DNA of 64,000 nucleotides from an uncultured Nitrososphaerales archaeon. Lineage in GTDB: Archaea; Thermoproteota; Nitrososphaeria; Nitrososphaerales; Nitrososphaeraceae. The notes beneath the pieces are model-generated. The model searched no databases, had not been told where the DNA came from, and was given only the letters and a program-made list of their open reading frames with translations. Made by a program: the position numbers and the translations under genes. This document shows positions 1 through 11,800 of this stretch, piece by piece. The DNA lies in assembly GCA_963709405.1 (NCBI GenBank), contig CAVPXM010000069.1, forward strand, positions 1 through 64,000, in the 5' to 3' direction. The number at the start of each line of letters is the position of its first letter. Position 1 is the first letter of the stretch.

Positions 1-773
1 CCGACGCCCGCTGGTGTCCCTAGACATCTGTTTAAAGTAAAAGAAGTTTACCCTACAAAACCCGGTGGTAGAGAGTGGTTTATGGATACGAATAATCCTA
101 CAACTGATGGTATATTCAATCCGGGTTCACCGATAAAACAGCAACCAAATGGGTCATGGCAGATTAATGGAAACCTTAGAGTGGGCAACAAATACGAGGA
201 TCAAGTTAGAATGGTTGTCGGAACTCCAAGTGGCCAAGAACAGTGGAAAAATGTAGAGATAACCGGATATGCAAGGGTCCTGTCGGCAGATTCTGATAGG
301 GATCATTTAGATTGGTATGCAAGAGGTGGTATACACAGTAGCAACGTCCCATGTGAAGGTTCAGCGTTAAAGGGTACTCTTTCTGTTGACGGCGATGCAT
401 CTTGGCTAAAGGAAATTTGGCATACTGGAGGATATACTAAACCAAGGGATACGCATCAAGTTACTGATTCCATTCTTAATAGGTGGATAGGCTGGAAGGT
501 GATAATGTATAATATTAATGATAACAGAAGCTGTAGAAAATGGAGTCATATCTCGATAATAATGATAATAATCATTGGAAAAAGGTCTCTGAAATAGTAG
601 ACGACGGTGGTTGGTTTGCCAGAAGTTCAGATAATGAGTTTAACAGTGCTGGTTGTGGTAGACCGCAAGATTACGTGATTTCAAATTCAGGGCCGTTAGT
701 TACATTCAGGTCAGATAATATGGACTGGGATTTTGCAGATCTCAGCGTCAGGGAGATTAACCCACCACAATAA
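1..773 (+). pseudogene. Frameshifted copy (5' end outside window) of an uncharacterised secreted Nitrososphaeraceae protein; paralog of 16068-16943
   Basis: Frame 1 is open from base 1 (FKVKEVYPTKPGGREWF...WKNVEITGYA...WYARGG) and shifts near 530 into ORF 540-773 (MESYLD...TFRSDN.WDFADLS.REI). Both parts align end to end with 16068-16943. Confidence 0.8.
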
Positions 774-1197
774 AAGACGAAGTGTGTGTCATCTATCTGG
801 TACAATGGAACGAAGGATGAATTTTAGAGGCAGACATCAAATGTAAATCAAAAAATCCTTTAATAGTTGAAATTCATTTGGTCATAGATTATGAACCAAT
901 TAAAGCCACGACTTTTGCCAATTAAATTCTATATCACGCTTCAAAGATTATTTGCTTAATTGTAGATTTAATCACTGTATTGACCTTTATCAAAATAAGG
1001 ATATTAAATCAGAGGACCTATTTAGAACGACATATAATTTCTAGTTCTATTTCTCAATGGTTCGTCTGACAAGCACGTGATGGCAACCGCGGCGTTACAG
1101 AGTCATTTTGTCAGTCTGCATGGATAACTTCATTCATATCTTAAACTTGATAACCTAATTTCGTCAATCAGAGGATAACTCAGGCACGAGGCACTAT

Positions 1198-1560
1198 TCA
1201 TTCCAATTTTTCTTTATCGAAATGCTTCTCATTCCAATGGTTCAAAAACGCTTCGACATTTCTTTGCAATCCTTGTCTTGAATGTGATAGAAATGAGCCC
1301 CCGAATTCCCATCCAAGCCTATCACATTCATTACATTCCTTTTGATAGGTAGGACGATAGCCATGGGCCTCCCCTACAACACATTTTGAAGGATGGTCAA
1401 GCTCGTAGAACCACTTTAGCCAGGTCAGGGAGAATGGAAATGGAAGAGTGTTACTTTCTTCAAATCTTCTTGCCCAATTAGGTGCAATCTCCTTCAGAGT
1501 AGATACCTTTTTTGTCTCTTTTTCTTTTACAAAATTAGTCATAGATTGCATAATGAACAT
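1198..1560 (-). CDS. Hypothetical protein with Cys/His motifs (CVVGEAHG...CNEC...HWNEKH), possibly metal-binding
   Basis: 120-aa ORF; TATA-like TTTAATAT about 25 nt upstream of the ATG. Confidence 0.65.
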   Translation of the reverse strand: MFIMQSMTNFVKEKETKKVSTLKEIAPNWARRFEESNTLPFPFSLTWLKWFYELDHPSKCVVGEAHGYRPTYQKECNECDRLGWEFGGSFLSHSRQGLQRNVEAFLNHWNEKHFDKEKLE

Positions 1561-2940
1561 ATACTCATTATGATTATTGAATATTAAATGTATCTAAACA
1601 AAAAAACGCTAAACATTAATAGCCAGATTTGCGACTAAGCGAAAATTGGTCGCTTGATGTATCCCGATACATATTGTTTCATCATTCACTGAATCTGATA
1701 CGCTTTTGTGCTGCTTCATGGGATGATTTCCAAAAGTAGTTGAATTCCACCAGCAGGAATAGCCAAATACAGAATAAGATCAGACTGGTGATCGCGGCAG
1801 TTACTTCATTTGTTGGATAATCTGATGGTAGATTGTGCAAAAATATATGACGGATTATGATAGAAGACTGTTGTCACCCTGGGACTTTGCAATAAGCACA
1901 TGACTATATGGGTATATACCTATATTATTATATATCAATGAAAAAAGCGTTTGAAAGCATTATTTATAGATAAAATCTATAACTCCTTTCACTAATTTGT
2001 CAATTGTTGGTCCTATGTTCCAAAGCTATAATCCGATTTTACGAGCGGAGTGCTGCATTAGAGAGAGGATTATGTAGGATTTTTTTGAGTGTATTCCTAT
2101 CAAGTCGAAAATAAAACTAAATCCGAATCGCAATGGTAATTAAATCCTTAAGCCCGGGTCATATATTCCAACCTTCAGATACTCAGATAGGTTACGATTT
2201 CATTGCTCACACCGGATAAACTTTCGCTCACTTCCTGCATACATATTGGGCTTTATAGAAAGATATGCCGTAAGGTAATGAAATATACCATAGATTTCCA
2301 TATTTGTTTTAAGCTTTAACGAAAATATCGTTAAACGCGATCTTTGTATCACTCATGATTTACATACTTTGTTTGCTAGAAAATAACTCTTTATCAACTA
2401 GTTAACTGCTCGTATCTTTGCCAATTGTGCATTGTGCCGCCAAACCACGGCATCTTCCGTATTATTATGATTCAGAAACTATCCGAAAATATTTTTTCAG
2501 AATTGTAAGGAATTACTAAAACGATAACAATAACAAAACAAGACAAGACAAACCAAAACGGTCAAATCGGTAAGGCGGGAAATGTAAAATACGTCACAAC
2601 ACTAGCCGACGATGTACTGCCTGGAATACGAGCTAAATCCAAATCACCGCCACTGTACCATCATATGGAATGAAATTTGAGGACATGAATGGTATGATAA
2701 TAACTTAGGGGGCAAAGTCACTGCCCTACCCGACATAAATCCTGCCAACACTTATGTACATAACGCCAGCTCATGATAAGATAATGTGGATTTAATTCTA
2801 GAAATACTTTAAAGCCTCAATATGAAGTCTACAAGAATTGGTTGTTGGGCTCTTGACAATCTTCAAAAATAAATAATATGAATATAAAATGAAGCCTAGA
2901 AACTACCACACTTTTAATAATAATTAATAATAAGAAAATA

Positions 2941-3641
2941 GTGTTTACTGATATGCTCTTTATTATCTCCGTTCTTGGATTCTTAACAATAATATTAATT
3001 GGTATCACTTATCACGTTGGAGTTCAAGCACTATCTCACGGGATTATTAATCCTAATAATACTGATAATGATATCTCCTTGTCTACTTTGATAAAAGAAG
3101 GCTCCCCACATCTAGGGTCTATATCTGCTCCTATTACTGTAATTGACTTTAGTGACTTTCAGTGTCATCTATGTGCTCGATATGTTAAAGCTACAGAGCC
3201 AGAGATTAATCAAACTTATATTCAAACAGATAAGGTTAACCTTGTCTTTAAACATCTTCCAAATCGTGGTTCGGACTCGATGGGTGTTGCAATTGCGGCT
3301 CAATGTGCAAATGATCAGGGCAAATTCTGGCAATTTCATAATCTCTTGTATAAAAAACAAGGACCTATTGACTCAGGCTGGCTAACTCGATGATCTAAAG
3401 AAGTTTGAATATCAGATTCAGAGACTAGATATGCAGAAGTTTGATTCTTGTTTTGACACTGCGAAATATAAAATGGTTTGTAGAACGTGATGTTGCCATG
3501 GGTATTACTACATTTGGATTTCATGATACTCCCAATTTCGTGATAGTCAATAACGATGGCTCTAACCCTGAAATAATAAGAGGACCACAGCCGTTTGCTG
3601 CATTTAGAACTATGATGGGACAGAAACTGGGGGTATCATAA
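2941..3641 (+). pseudogene. Membrane-anchored DsbA/thioredoxin-fold protein, frameshifted
   Basis: N-terminal TM, GSISAPITVIDFSDFQCHLC (CxxC), AAQCANDQGKFWQFH. Broken near 3390; the C-terminal part (TPNF...GPQPFAAF) is in ORF 3441-3641. Confidence 0.85.
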
Positions 3642-4236
3642 TGAGGATGAAAGATGATACTAGTGATAATAGCAGACATTAATAAAGGTAAAAAATAAAA
3701 TAACAACAGTAGCAACTTCAAATATGCTATTTTTATCATTCCGGATGGTCTTTTCAAAATGGCCTTATTTAGCCATCACAGGAGCAATCACTGGATTATT
3801 CTGGGTTATTTTTAATGTCTTTAAATGAGCTGCTTTTTTTCTCACCAATTGTCACATTTTACCTTCCTGAAGACGCAATAGTAGATTTTATTCTTTCATC
3901 TACTACCGCCGTTCTTATGGGTGAACTTGTAAGCATGAATGTATTTGTATTGAAACATTCAAAAAATTTGAAGGTGAGTATTGGTTCATTACTTTTAGGG
4001 TCAACTTCAGCATTGTTTCAAGTACATGTGCCACCTGTTCATCAATGGGCTTTCTTCTTGTTTCTACATTTGGAGGAATAGGGGTAGCTGCGTCAGCCTT
4101 TCTATCCAATTATCAGACACCTCTGCGAATTCTTTCGATAGCCCTTTTGGTATGGGCATTATATTCAGTAAATAACAAATTAAAAAAGAGTTGCGCTATA
4201 TACAAAAAGTACGATATGAGTAAGAATACCAAATAG
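3641..4236 (+). pseudogene. Fragmented membrane protein downstream of the DsbA gene
   Basis: Hydrophobic fragments in several frames (3815-4081, 4045-4236); ATG abuts the DsbA stop. Confidence 0.6.
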
Positions 4237-4507
4237 CTAAAAATCTACGAGAAGCCATTGGGTAGTCTTAGGTAATATTTAAGGAGGACATCGCCACACA
4301 CGGATAATAATGCCTTACCTCTTAGAATAGTTAGTAGCCCAACGAAAAGACGAATAATGCAGTGGTTCATGTAAATGAACAACTTGCAGAAGGATATATG
4401 GATATGAATATGACCGATCTATAGGGCTGAGCGATAGGAATATAATCTCCAGCTCGACACCAACAGGTTTCTCGTTGCTTTTGTTATTATCATTTATATC
4501 TATGTCA

Positions 4508-4849
4508 TCAATACAAACTAACAAGGCTATTGCTGCTGTTGATTTCTGTATCATAAATACCTGTATCTGATTTTGGTCCTAATTGGACTGTAAATGTTGC
4601 ATGCCCATTGCTATCTGTATACATATTTTGTGTTGTTTTGTCTTCCATTGTACCTTGATTTGAAAATACACTGCTGCGCAGCTTAAACGCTGTACTGGCA
4701 ATATTATCTCTTAATGAGGATGGTGTATCATCGACAGCTAATGTCACAAATGCATGAGGATTTGATTGCCAGCATTTCTTATCCTTAACGGTTATTGTAA
4801 GATTTGTTTTTTCTCCTATCTTTGGATTCTTTGTATAGGAGTACTCCAC
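4508..4849 (-). pseudogene. Remnant of an Ig-like domain secreted protein
   Basis: Beta-rich fragment (TNLTITVKD...YTDSNGHATFTVQLGP...GIYD); no proper start or end. Confidence 0.5.
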
Positions 4850-5223
4850 CAGAAACTAATTTAGCAATTGCGGATTGGCACCATCACAGTCTACTATCCC
4901 TTCAAATAAGGATGAAAACCTTCCTCCTGCAATATCATTTGTTTTACAGCCAGAAAAGCGGAAGAATGTTTTATATGATATAGCTTTGACAGAAGCTCGC
5001 TCAATATAATAAGCAATATTTCATTTATCATACTTAAAGAAAATCATATCTTTCAATCAATGCATTATATTTTCATTAGGCTCTTAAAGCTGATTTAGTG
5101 AAGTATGACTCTTAAGCTCTCTTGGTATATTGGTCAAAATGATTTCTATATTCTGTGATTTCAGTTAAAAGACGTGGGTCATCTTCAGATATATGATTAC
5201 ATGCGGTATCTGTCAGAAAAGTC

Positions 5224-6059
5224 TTGGGTATACGACCAGGCACTTCAAAACGGCTTTTCCATATTGGAGATATGGGATCATTCGTGGAATATAGACATCA
5301 TTATTTAGATGGCGATAATGTGTTCGAATTTGCGATATCTATAGTTCAACTACTAAAGAAAGTTGGATCGTCTGATTCAAATATAGTATGTTTACCAGAA
5401 TTATGGTATGCAAAAATAGTCACAAATTTTGAAACGGAATTTGACAAAATAATTGATGTTGCAAAAGAATACAATATGGTCATAATTCCAGGGGCTTTTA
5501 TTGAAAGAAGTAGTAACAACAATGGTAATGATCTACAATCTCTTCTCCTGTAATTGCAAATGATGGAATGATAGCAGGCCGTCAATTGAAGATTCATCCA
5601 TTTGGCCCACAGCGCAAAGTTGTAAAAGCTGGCACCAAAGTAGAGCTATTCGAATCTGGGAATTTTAAGTTTGGAATAGGGATGTGTTATGATATTGTTT
5701 TTCCAGAGGTGGCTAGAGCATTAGCAAAGAAAGGAGCAGACATACTCTTTTTCCCTTCAAGAATAAGGTATTAGGGTATAAATCCTTGGCATATGTATGT
5801 GCAGGTAAGAGCCCTTGAAAACAGGATTCCAATAGCTGCGCCAAATGTTTGTGATAGTAGCAATAGTATCTATAAAGGAAAAAGCATTTTCGTTGATTTT
5901 GATTACAACTACAAGACCGATATTGCTATCCGAAAGCTTAGATTTGGATCGTCGATAAATGACCAGATACTTATAACGGACATTGACCTGAATCGTACTA
6001 GAAAGTTACACAAGAAAAGGTTCGAAGATTTTCGAAATAACTTGTATGGCCTGTTCTAA
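5224..6059 (+). pseudogene. Carbon-nitrogen hydrolase (nitrilase superfamily), disrupted
   Basis: Triad motifs VCLPELW (Glu), QLKIHPF (Lys) and GMCYD (Cys), plus RALEN. Frameshift near 5540 and in-frame TAG at 5772. Confidence 0.9.
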
Positions 6060-6304
6060 AATAAAATATATATACACACACAAAATACTTGGTGAGAGAG
6101 CTTTTATGATATATCCTACTATGTAAGAATAACGAAAATACCTCAGCCAATTTTAATGCATTCCGTGTGAACTTCTTCTGAAGAACAATCAATAATAATA
6201 TACTAACACTTTTTGTAGGTACATTATAATAGAACTATTTCAAGAGAATTTTTTTGAATTTTTAATCTTTTTCTTTAAACAAGTGATAATCTTATAGAAT
6301 AAAG

Positions 6305-6580
6305 ATGCTATCCAAACAAACTTCATTAATCCTTGGTACAAGCGTTCTGATGATTACTTTGTCCCTGCTAGCAATAGCACCAATCGTTACTAACGAAGTA
6401 TTTGCCGGCGGGAAACATAATGACCACGGCAAGAAAGGTAGCCACAGTCATCATAAATCTAGACATCACTCGAAATTCAATAACTGCAATTTCAATCACT
6501 GGAATTCTCATCACTGGAAATTCAATCATTGGAAATTCAATAACTGCAATTTCAATCACTGGAAATTCAATCACCGGTAG
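6305..6580 (+). CDS. Small secreted His-rich peptide with (K/N)FNHW-type pentapeptide repeats
   Basis: Signal peptide ending NEVFA, a His/Lys-rich linker, then 7 pentapeptide repeats. Confidence 0.7.
   Translation: MLSKQTSLILGTSVLMITLSLLAIAPIVTNEVFAGGKHNDHGKKGSHSHHKSRHHSKFNNCNFNHWNSHHWKFNHWKFNNCNFNHWKFNHR
6473..6577 (+). repeat. Tandem 15-bp minisatellite, 7 units (consensus AAATTCAATCACTGG)
   Basis: Units: aaattcaataactgc, aatttcaatcactgg, aattctcatcactgg, aaattcaatcattgg, aaattcaataactgc, aatttcaatcactgg, aaattcaatcaccgg. Confidence 0.95.
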
Positions 6581-7616
6581 GTTGCCGCCTGCGGTAGTAG
6601 TGCCAGACTCGGAAATCATACGTATCATATCCACACACGCTGTTTTTTCTTAAATGTTGATTCCACATTCCTCAGCTGGAATCATATTTGCCATACATAC
6701 GTTCCTAGATGGTAAGAGTATGGAAGTTTAGAAGTAATAATATCATCATAAGAACTTGAGCATTAGGCTAGAATAGATACGCCTAGAATGTTGAACCATA
6801 ATTATTCGAGGATCCAGTTATTTTCCTAAAATAAGAGATAGAATAGTATTCCCCCTAACCTTGGTTATGCCTCATTCCTAAATATTTTTATAATTTGGTA
6901 TGCCGCACATCGTATTAAAGGACACTATTTCCGATATGGTTATACGGAATCGATGAAAATACCGATATTATTCGATTTGTTAAAACTTACTGAATATTAA
7001 CAATCCTAGTGTTTATTGCGAAGACATCAAAGTGATCGCGTGGATTGGCATACGGCGTCACATATTACAGATCCAGACGAAATCTTCAAAATGTTTACTC
7101 AGCATAAATTTGGTAAGAAGACTAATACCAGTAGTAACAACAAGAATAGGAATAGGAGTAGGGTTAAATCAGCTTCAATTTTAACTTCAGCTTCACCTTC
7201 TTCACAGCCTTGGATACCCGGCTTGATTGCTTACTGGTCGGACGACTGCCATGAGAAAGGAATAGCAGAGTATAATGAAAAAGCATACTACAACAATCAG
7301 AGAAGGCGCAGCCGACTGCAATAAATGAAACCTAAACATCCAACATCCACCTGTTGCCGAAGACATTTGTCAACATCTACAGAAAATCATTTTAGTTCTA
7401 AGAAAAGAGAATGCATAGTTAACACAACAGAACACCAAGCTAACTCAAAAGGTTCAGTTCCTCAGAGAAATTGAAGCCGAGTACAAGCAAACCAAATTTT
7501 TAATATCATAAAGGTTTGTCTTAATAATGCAGATTATTATGACCAAAGAAACACTGCTGCACTAAGCCCAGAGAAAATAGGAGTTGCAGCAAAATGTGTT
7601 GGTATAGATCCAAAGA

Positions 7617-7898
7617 TTGTTTTTAAGAATCTCTATGTACATCCAGCATATAACCAGCGAGCATCAACTCACGGTTGCAGAGCAATTTGCTGACCTAATA
7701 GAATCCAACAATGACATAAAGTTACTGGTAGTGAATAGCATAACGAGATTCTTCATGGAATCAAAAAATAGAATGGAAACTGCTAATATCCTAAAGAATG
7801 TTATAGGAATAATTTGCGGGACCTTTACCAAGAACAAAGTAGCCTTGGTATGTACAGGACATGCAAACACGACAGCTAGCTTGACGAATTTATGTTAA
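7617..7898 (+). pseudogene. Possible remnant of a RecA/RadA-fold ATPase C-terminal region
   Basis: IKLLVVNSITRFF resembles the Walker B region (LLVVDS) of RadA/RadB paralogs; fragment only. Confidence 0.4.
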
Positions 7899-7976
7899 TG
7901 AGTATAGAAAAATACTTCTGTGATTCAAATGAAAATTTATTATTGAATTCCACATTAATAACAAATTTTTATTAAT

Positions 7977-8822
7977 ATGGGATTCTATAAATTATTTATG
8001 AATCATAAATCCAAGATGTTGATAATGTCTATTGCTGGCATAACAATACTACTGGCCTGCCAATTAAGAACTATGACGATTACTTCTAAATCTGTATATG
8101 GACTTGATACTAATAGTAGACCATCTGCATTTGATAATAATCCAAGTTTACAACCTGTTCAGGTTGGACAACAACAATTATGTAATAATGCTACTACTGT
8201 CTTAATATCTGCTATAAAATCTACTCAAACTGTTCTAGCGCAGGTTCTAAATGACATAAATATGAATAATACAAAAGGCGCACTTTCAAATTTGAACGCT
8301 TTAAAAACTAAGATAGAACAATATCAGTTATCTGCTCTGGATGTTCTCTCTAATCCCATCCTTCAGTCGTCCAGAGTTCATCTGGCTGCAGCTGAGGATG
8401 CAATAAAATCAGGTAATGCAGAGAAGGCTATTTCAGAATTGAGTATGGCAGGACAACTCAAGATTCAACACCACCAAGGGATGATGGAAATGAAACTGCC
8501 CATGAAGGGAGAGATGAATTCCACATTCAACTCTTTAGAGGCCCATTTGTTGGGTGCCAACGAGGCTGTTAATGCTGGCTATACTCAAAAAGCACTTTCA
8601 GACTTGAATATTGCTAGTGATCAATTATATCAACATCAACTATCAATGATTGATTTTATAAGCTCCTTGTTTAACAATACTAGAACGCATCTCAAACAAT
8701 CATTCGATGATTTAAAAGCTGGCGATAGGCAAACAGCAATCTCAGAACTAGCAATAGTTGGACAGTTGTTGAGTGCACATCAACATGGAATCCGCACAAT
8801 GATTGGAATATCCAAACTGTAG
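7977..8822 (+). CDS. Secreted/anchored helical-repeat protein rich in His and Met
   Basis: 281 aa, hydrophobic N-terminus, four ~50-aa helical-hairpin repeats (HLxxAxxAxxxG...A.S.L...QH). Confidence 0.8.
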   Translation: MGFYKLFMNHKSKMLIMSIAGITILLACQLRTMTITSKSVYGLDTNSRPSAFDNNPSLQPVQVGQQQLCNNATTVLISAIKSTQTVLAQVLNDINMNNTKGALSNLNALKTKIEQYQLSALDVLSNPILQSSRVHLAAAEDAIKSGNAEKAISELSMAGQLKIQHHQGMMEMKLPMKGEMNSTFNSLEAHLLGANEAVNAGYTQKALSDLNIASDQLYQHQLSMIDFISSLFNNTRTHLKQSFDDLKAGDRQTAISELAIVGQLLSAHQHGIRTMIGISKL

Positions 8823-9038
8823 GTAGGACTGATTTGTATTTGGTTTAGAGATATGTAATAGATGTCTTGCGTAATTAGGCTCAAATAATCATTCGATGAT
8901 TTAACAGCTGACGATAGGAAAGCAGCAATCTCAGAACTAGCAATAGTTGGACAGTTGTTGAGTGCACATCAACATGGAATCCTCACAATGATTGGGATAT
9001 CAAAACTTTAGGTAGGACTGATTTGTATTAGGTTTAGA
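8691..9038 (+). repeat. Direct duplication (159 bp: 8691-8849 and 8880-9038) of the 3' end and downstream flank of the 7977-8822 gene
   Basis: Copies align without gaps with about 10 mismatches; copy 2 carries a CAA>TAA stop. Confidence 0.95.
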
Positions 9039-9587
9039 TACGTAGATAGGGCAATACGTATAGAGGATCTTAATCCTAGGAAAGGCATGAACGGTTCTCA
9101 AGAACCCATTCTCGAGAGCTCAGTATACGTGAGATATTCTTTATCGAATAGGTCCACGAGCAATATTCTCTAATGATAACGTTCCAAAATAGATGTATGG
9201 ACTTAATTTGGGCAATTAAAGTTTCGAGTCAAGCTGCTAGATAATAATGATTATAAGGCTTTTTTCTTATTCTACAATTTCTATTTTCACTCTTGACAAT
9301 AAATATGCTGCAAGTTTAGAAATTTCTTTCAATATCTTAATACCATCAATCTCGAGCAAAGCCAAAAGAGTTGAACATTAGGCCAAATCGCCCTCCCCTG
9401 GACCATAGATACTCTGTCCTGCTGGTGTTCTAGGAGATGGTATCATGCTATCCATCTTATTCATCATACACATCGCGCTGGTTCTATGTAACTGCAGGGA
9501 GTCAAGAGGGCAACTCCACAAACAGAGCTTTATGAAGGAAATAAAAATATGTATTAACATACTATTTTAGCGAGAGGTAGTCTTAGT

Positions 9588-10436
9588 TTGAGGCCTAACA
9601 GAAATGATACATGCCCTTGTGGTAGCAACAAGAAATTCAAACACTGTTGTATAGAGTTACACAATGAGAGAATGAGGTGGGACGCATTAGAGCATGATTT
9701 ACGTGGAATGGTTGATGAATACTGGAAAGAATTTTACCATGACAGGTATGTTAATCAGGCCTTAGCTATCTATACCAAGGATATATTCTGTGATATGTCA
9801 GATGTAGGCGACAGAAGAATATTTTTTGATTGGTTTATACATGACTATGTCATTCCTGACAAGAAAAACACTATAATTCGCCTATTTATCAAAGAATGCG
9901 ACAACGAACTTGACGAGGTGGAAAGAAATACGGCAATGGCTTGGTCTGAATCAGAACTTAGATTCTATGAAATTCTAGAAGTAAAACGAGCGACTGGATA
10001 CGAGGTTAAGCATATATTTAGTAATGCAGGGAACAACAATCAATTCTTCGTATTTGATAAATCGTCCTCAGAAAAAACAAACAAATATGATATACTATAC
10101 ACGAGAGTATATCCAGTCGGAAGCATAAACACGTTAATAACTGCATAACTGCAAGACGACAAGGATAGCTATATTGATGATAATATTGAATTAGAAATTC
10201 CAGCTACGCTTAAACTACAGATAAAGCATTATTTTCAGAGCTATTATGAAGACTGGATAAATATGAATATACCGGGTCTAGGAGGCAAAACTCCAGTCGA
10301 GGTTGCGAGGACAAATACTGGCAAGGATCTGTTAAGAGAGTTATTGAAAGAAATCGAAAACGAAGTTGCACGAGATGATAAGAATGGCCCGCCTCCATTC
10401 CCTGTTGATGAGATAAAGAAACTGCTACGTCTGTAA
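9588..10436 (+). pseudogene. SEC-C motif protein with C-terminal Xre/MbcA/ParS-like domain, interrupted
   Basis: RNDTCPCGSNKKFKHCC. After TAA at 10146 the same frame continues YYEDWINMNIPGLGGKTPVEVAR...LLKEIEN to TAA at 10434-10436. Confidence 0.75.
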
Positions 10437-10927
10437 ATTTCATAACTCCTACATGATCAGATTCCACCTGGACAACCAATTGGAAATCAAGTAGACGTAA
10501 TACAGCTAGATAACTGCTGAATGAGGAGGAACTTATTAGATAGGAAGTGCGAATCACAAGCGAGACCAGCAGGTTAACATGAACATTTCTGCAGGGCAGA
10601 TGGATAAAAATAAAGACATTAGAAGCGTTGAAAAATAGAAATCGAAAAACCTATCAAAACACAGGCCTCCACAGTAGTCGATTCCGTACTCTATTAGAAA
10701 CATGAATCATCTATATCCGAGATCTTCTGCGCCGTGTTTGGAATACGGTCAGAGCTTTCTAGACCTATGATCCAGTATGGATGTTGAAAGAATCAAGATA
10801 TGTTAGGCAAGCAAGTACCATGCAACATGCACCGTATTTTAAGAAATTCAAGAATACCGTTATTTCTTCACAGCTAGAGCAACCGTGTCTTCACGGTGTG
10901 GAAGCATCTCATATTGCTCACATATTC

Positions 10928-11800
10928 TAGACTCAGTAACATTAATTCGCTAACTCACACTCCTCGATAGATATTTGACTATGTCTAGTTTGAACCGTCT
11001 GGTTCTATAGTAGTTGGCTATAGTATGTCTGAAATTTGCAAAGTTTGGATAGTATTTCGATACCAAGAGATCATATTTTCCCTGTCTCCAGCATTCTTCT
11101 ATAGCATTAAATTCAGACGAACCTTTTGGAAAATATATTACTTTTAGAACGTCTTTGTTTTGCTCTATGTATTCTCTTACAATGATGGAACGATGATGTT
11201 GACGTGCTCTGTCTATGAACAATATTAGTTTTCCAAACCTTCTTTGCATTTGTATGAGAGAGATAATCCAGAAAAGTGTATTGGTTAAAGGATTCATACT
11301 GACGAAAGAACTGTCTTCCGTCTATACATAGAGCAGCAAATACACAGGTCATTTGATGTGAGGGAGATCCAGTAATCGTTACAATTGGTCTTATTCTATC
11401 TACAGTCCACATCTTCCTTCGAACCAAAGAATCATGTATGAAGATGGATTCGTCCATAACTGTAACGGTAAAGCCATGAGGTATACGTGAGATTATCCTT
11501 CTTGCCTTTTTCGAAATTTATTTTTCTCTTGCTTTGACGCAGCATTAACAAATTTCATTCTTGGTACCTTAGGACTGAAACCCCATTTGTGTAATAGTCG
11601 GTAGATATGAACCTCATGATATTTGACTCCTGTTCTTTCATATATCAAATTCATGACTTCTTTAGCCATCCATCCTGACTGATTTTCTGATAATTCTTTT
11701 CTTATCTTGGTAGATGTTTCTTCTGACACTTCTGGAGGTCTACCACTTCTATGCTTATTCTTTAGTCCTTCCAAACTCGCATTATCAAATCTCTCAACAG
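10928..11800 (-). mobile_element. IS630-family element, 5'-truncated, transposase disrupted
   Basis: HTH part (RSGRPP...YHEVHIYRLLHKWGFSPKVP) and DDE part (MDES, FIDRARQH, SEFNAIEECW). AAAAAG frameshift site near 11510, plus an extra shift near 11260. Confidence 0.85.

Noticed and set aside
5772-5774. In-frame TAG in the nitrilase gene as pyrrolysine or readthrough
   Set aside because: The same gene also has a frameshift, TAG ends many intact genes here, and no pyl machinery is seen
6473-6577. Short repeats as a CRISPR array
   Set aside because: Units are contiguous 15-mers with no spacers and lie in a coding frame; no cas genes in the window
6368-6653. Alternative-frame ORFs 6368-6634 (-) and 6402-6653 (+)
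   Set aside because: They are open only because the repeat lacks stops; the signal-peptide frame is the credible one
7016-7324. 102-aa ORF
   Set aside because: Mosaic, low-complexity sequence with no recognisable family; probably debris
10210-10557. 115-aa minus-strand ORF
   Set aside because: Antisense to the MbcA-like continuation on the plus strand; no motifs
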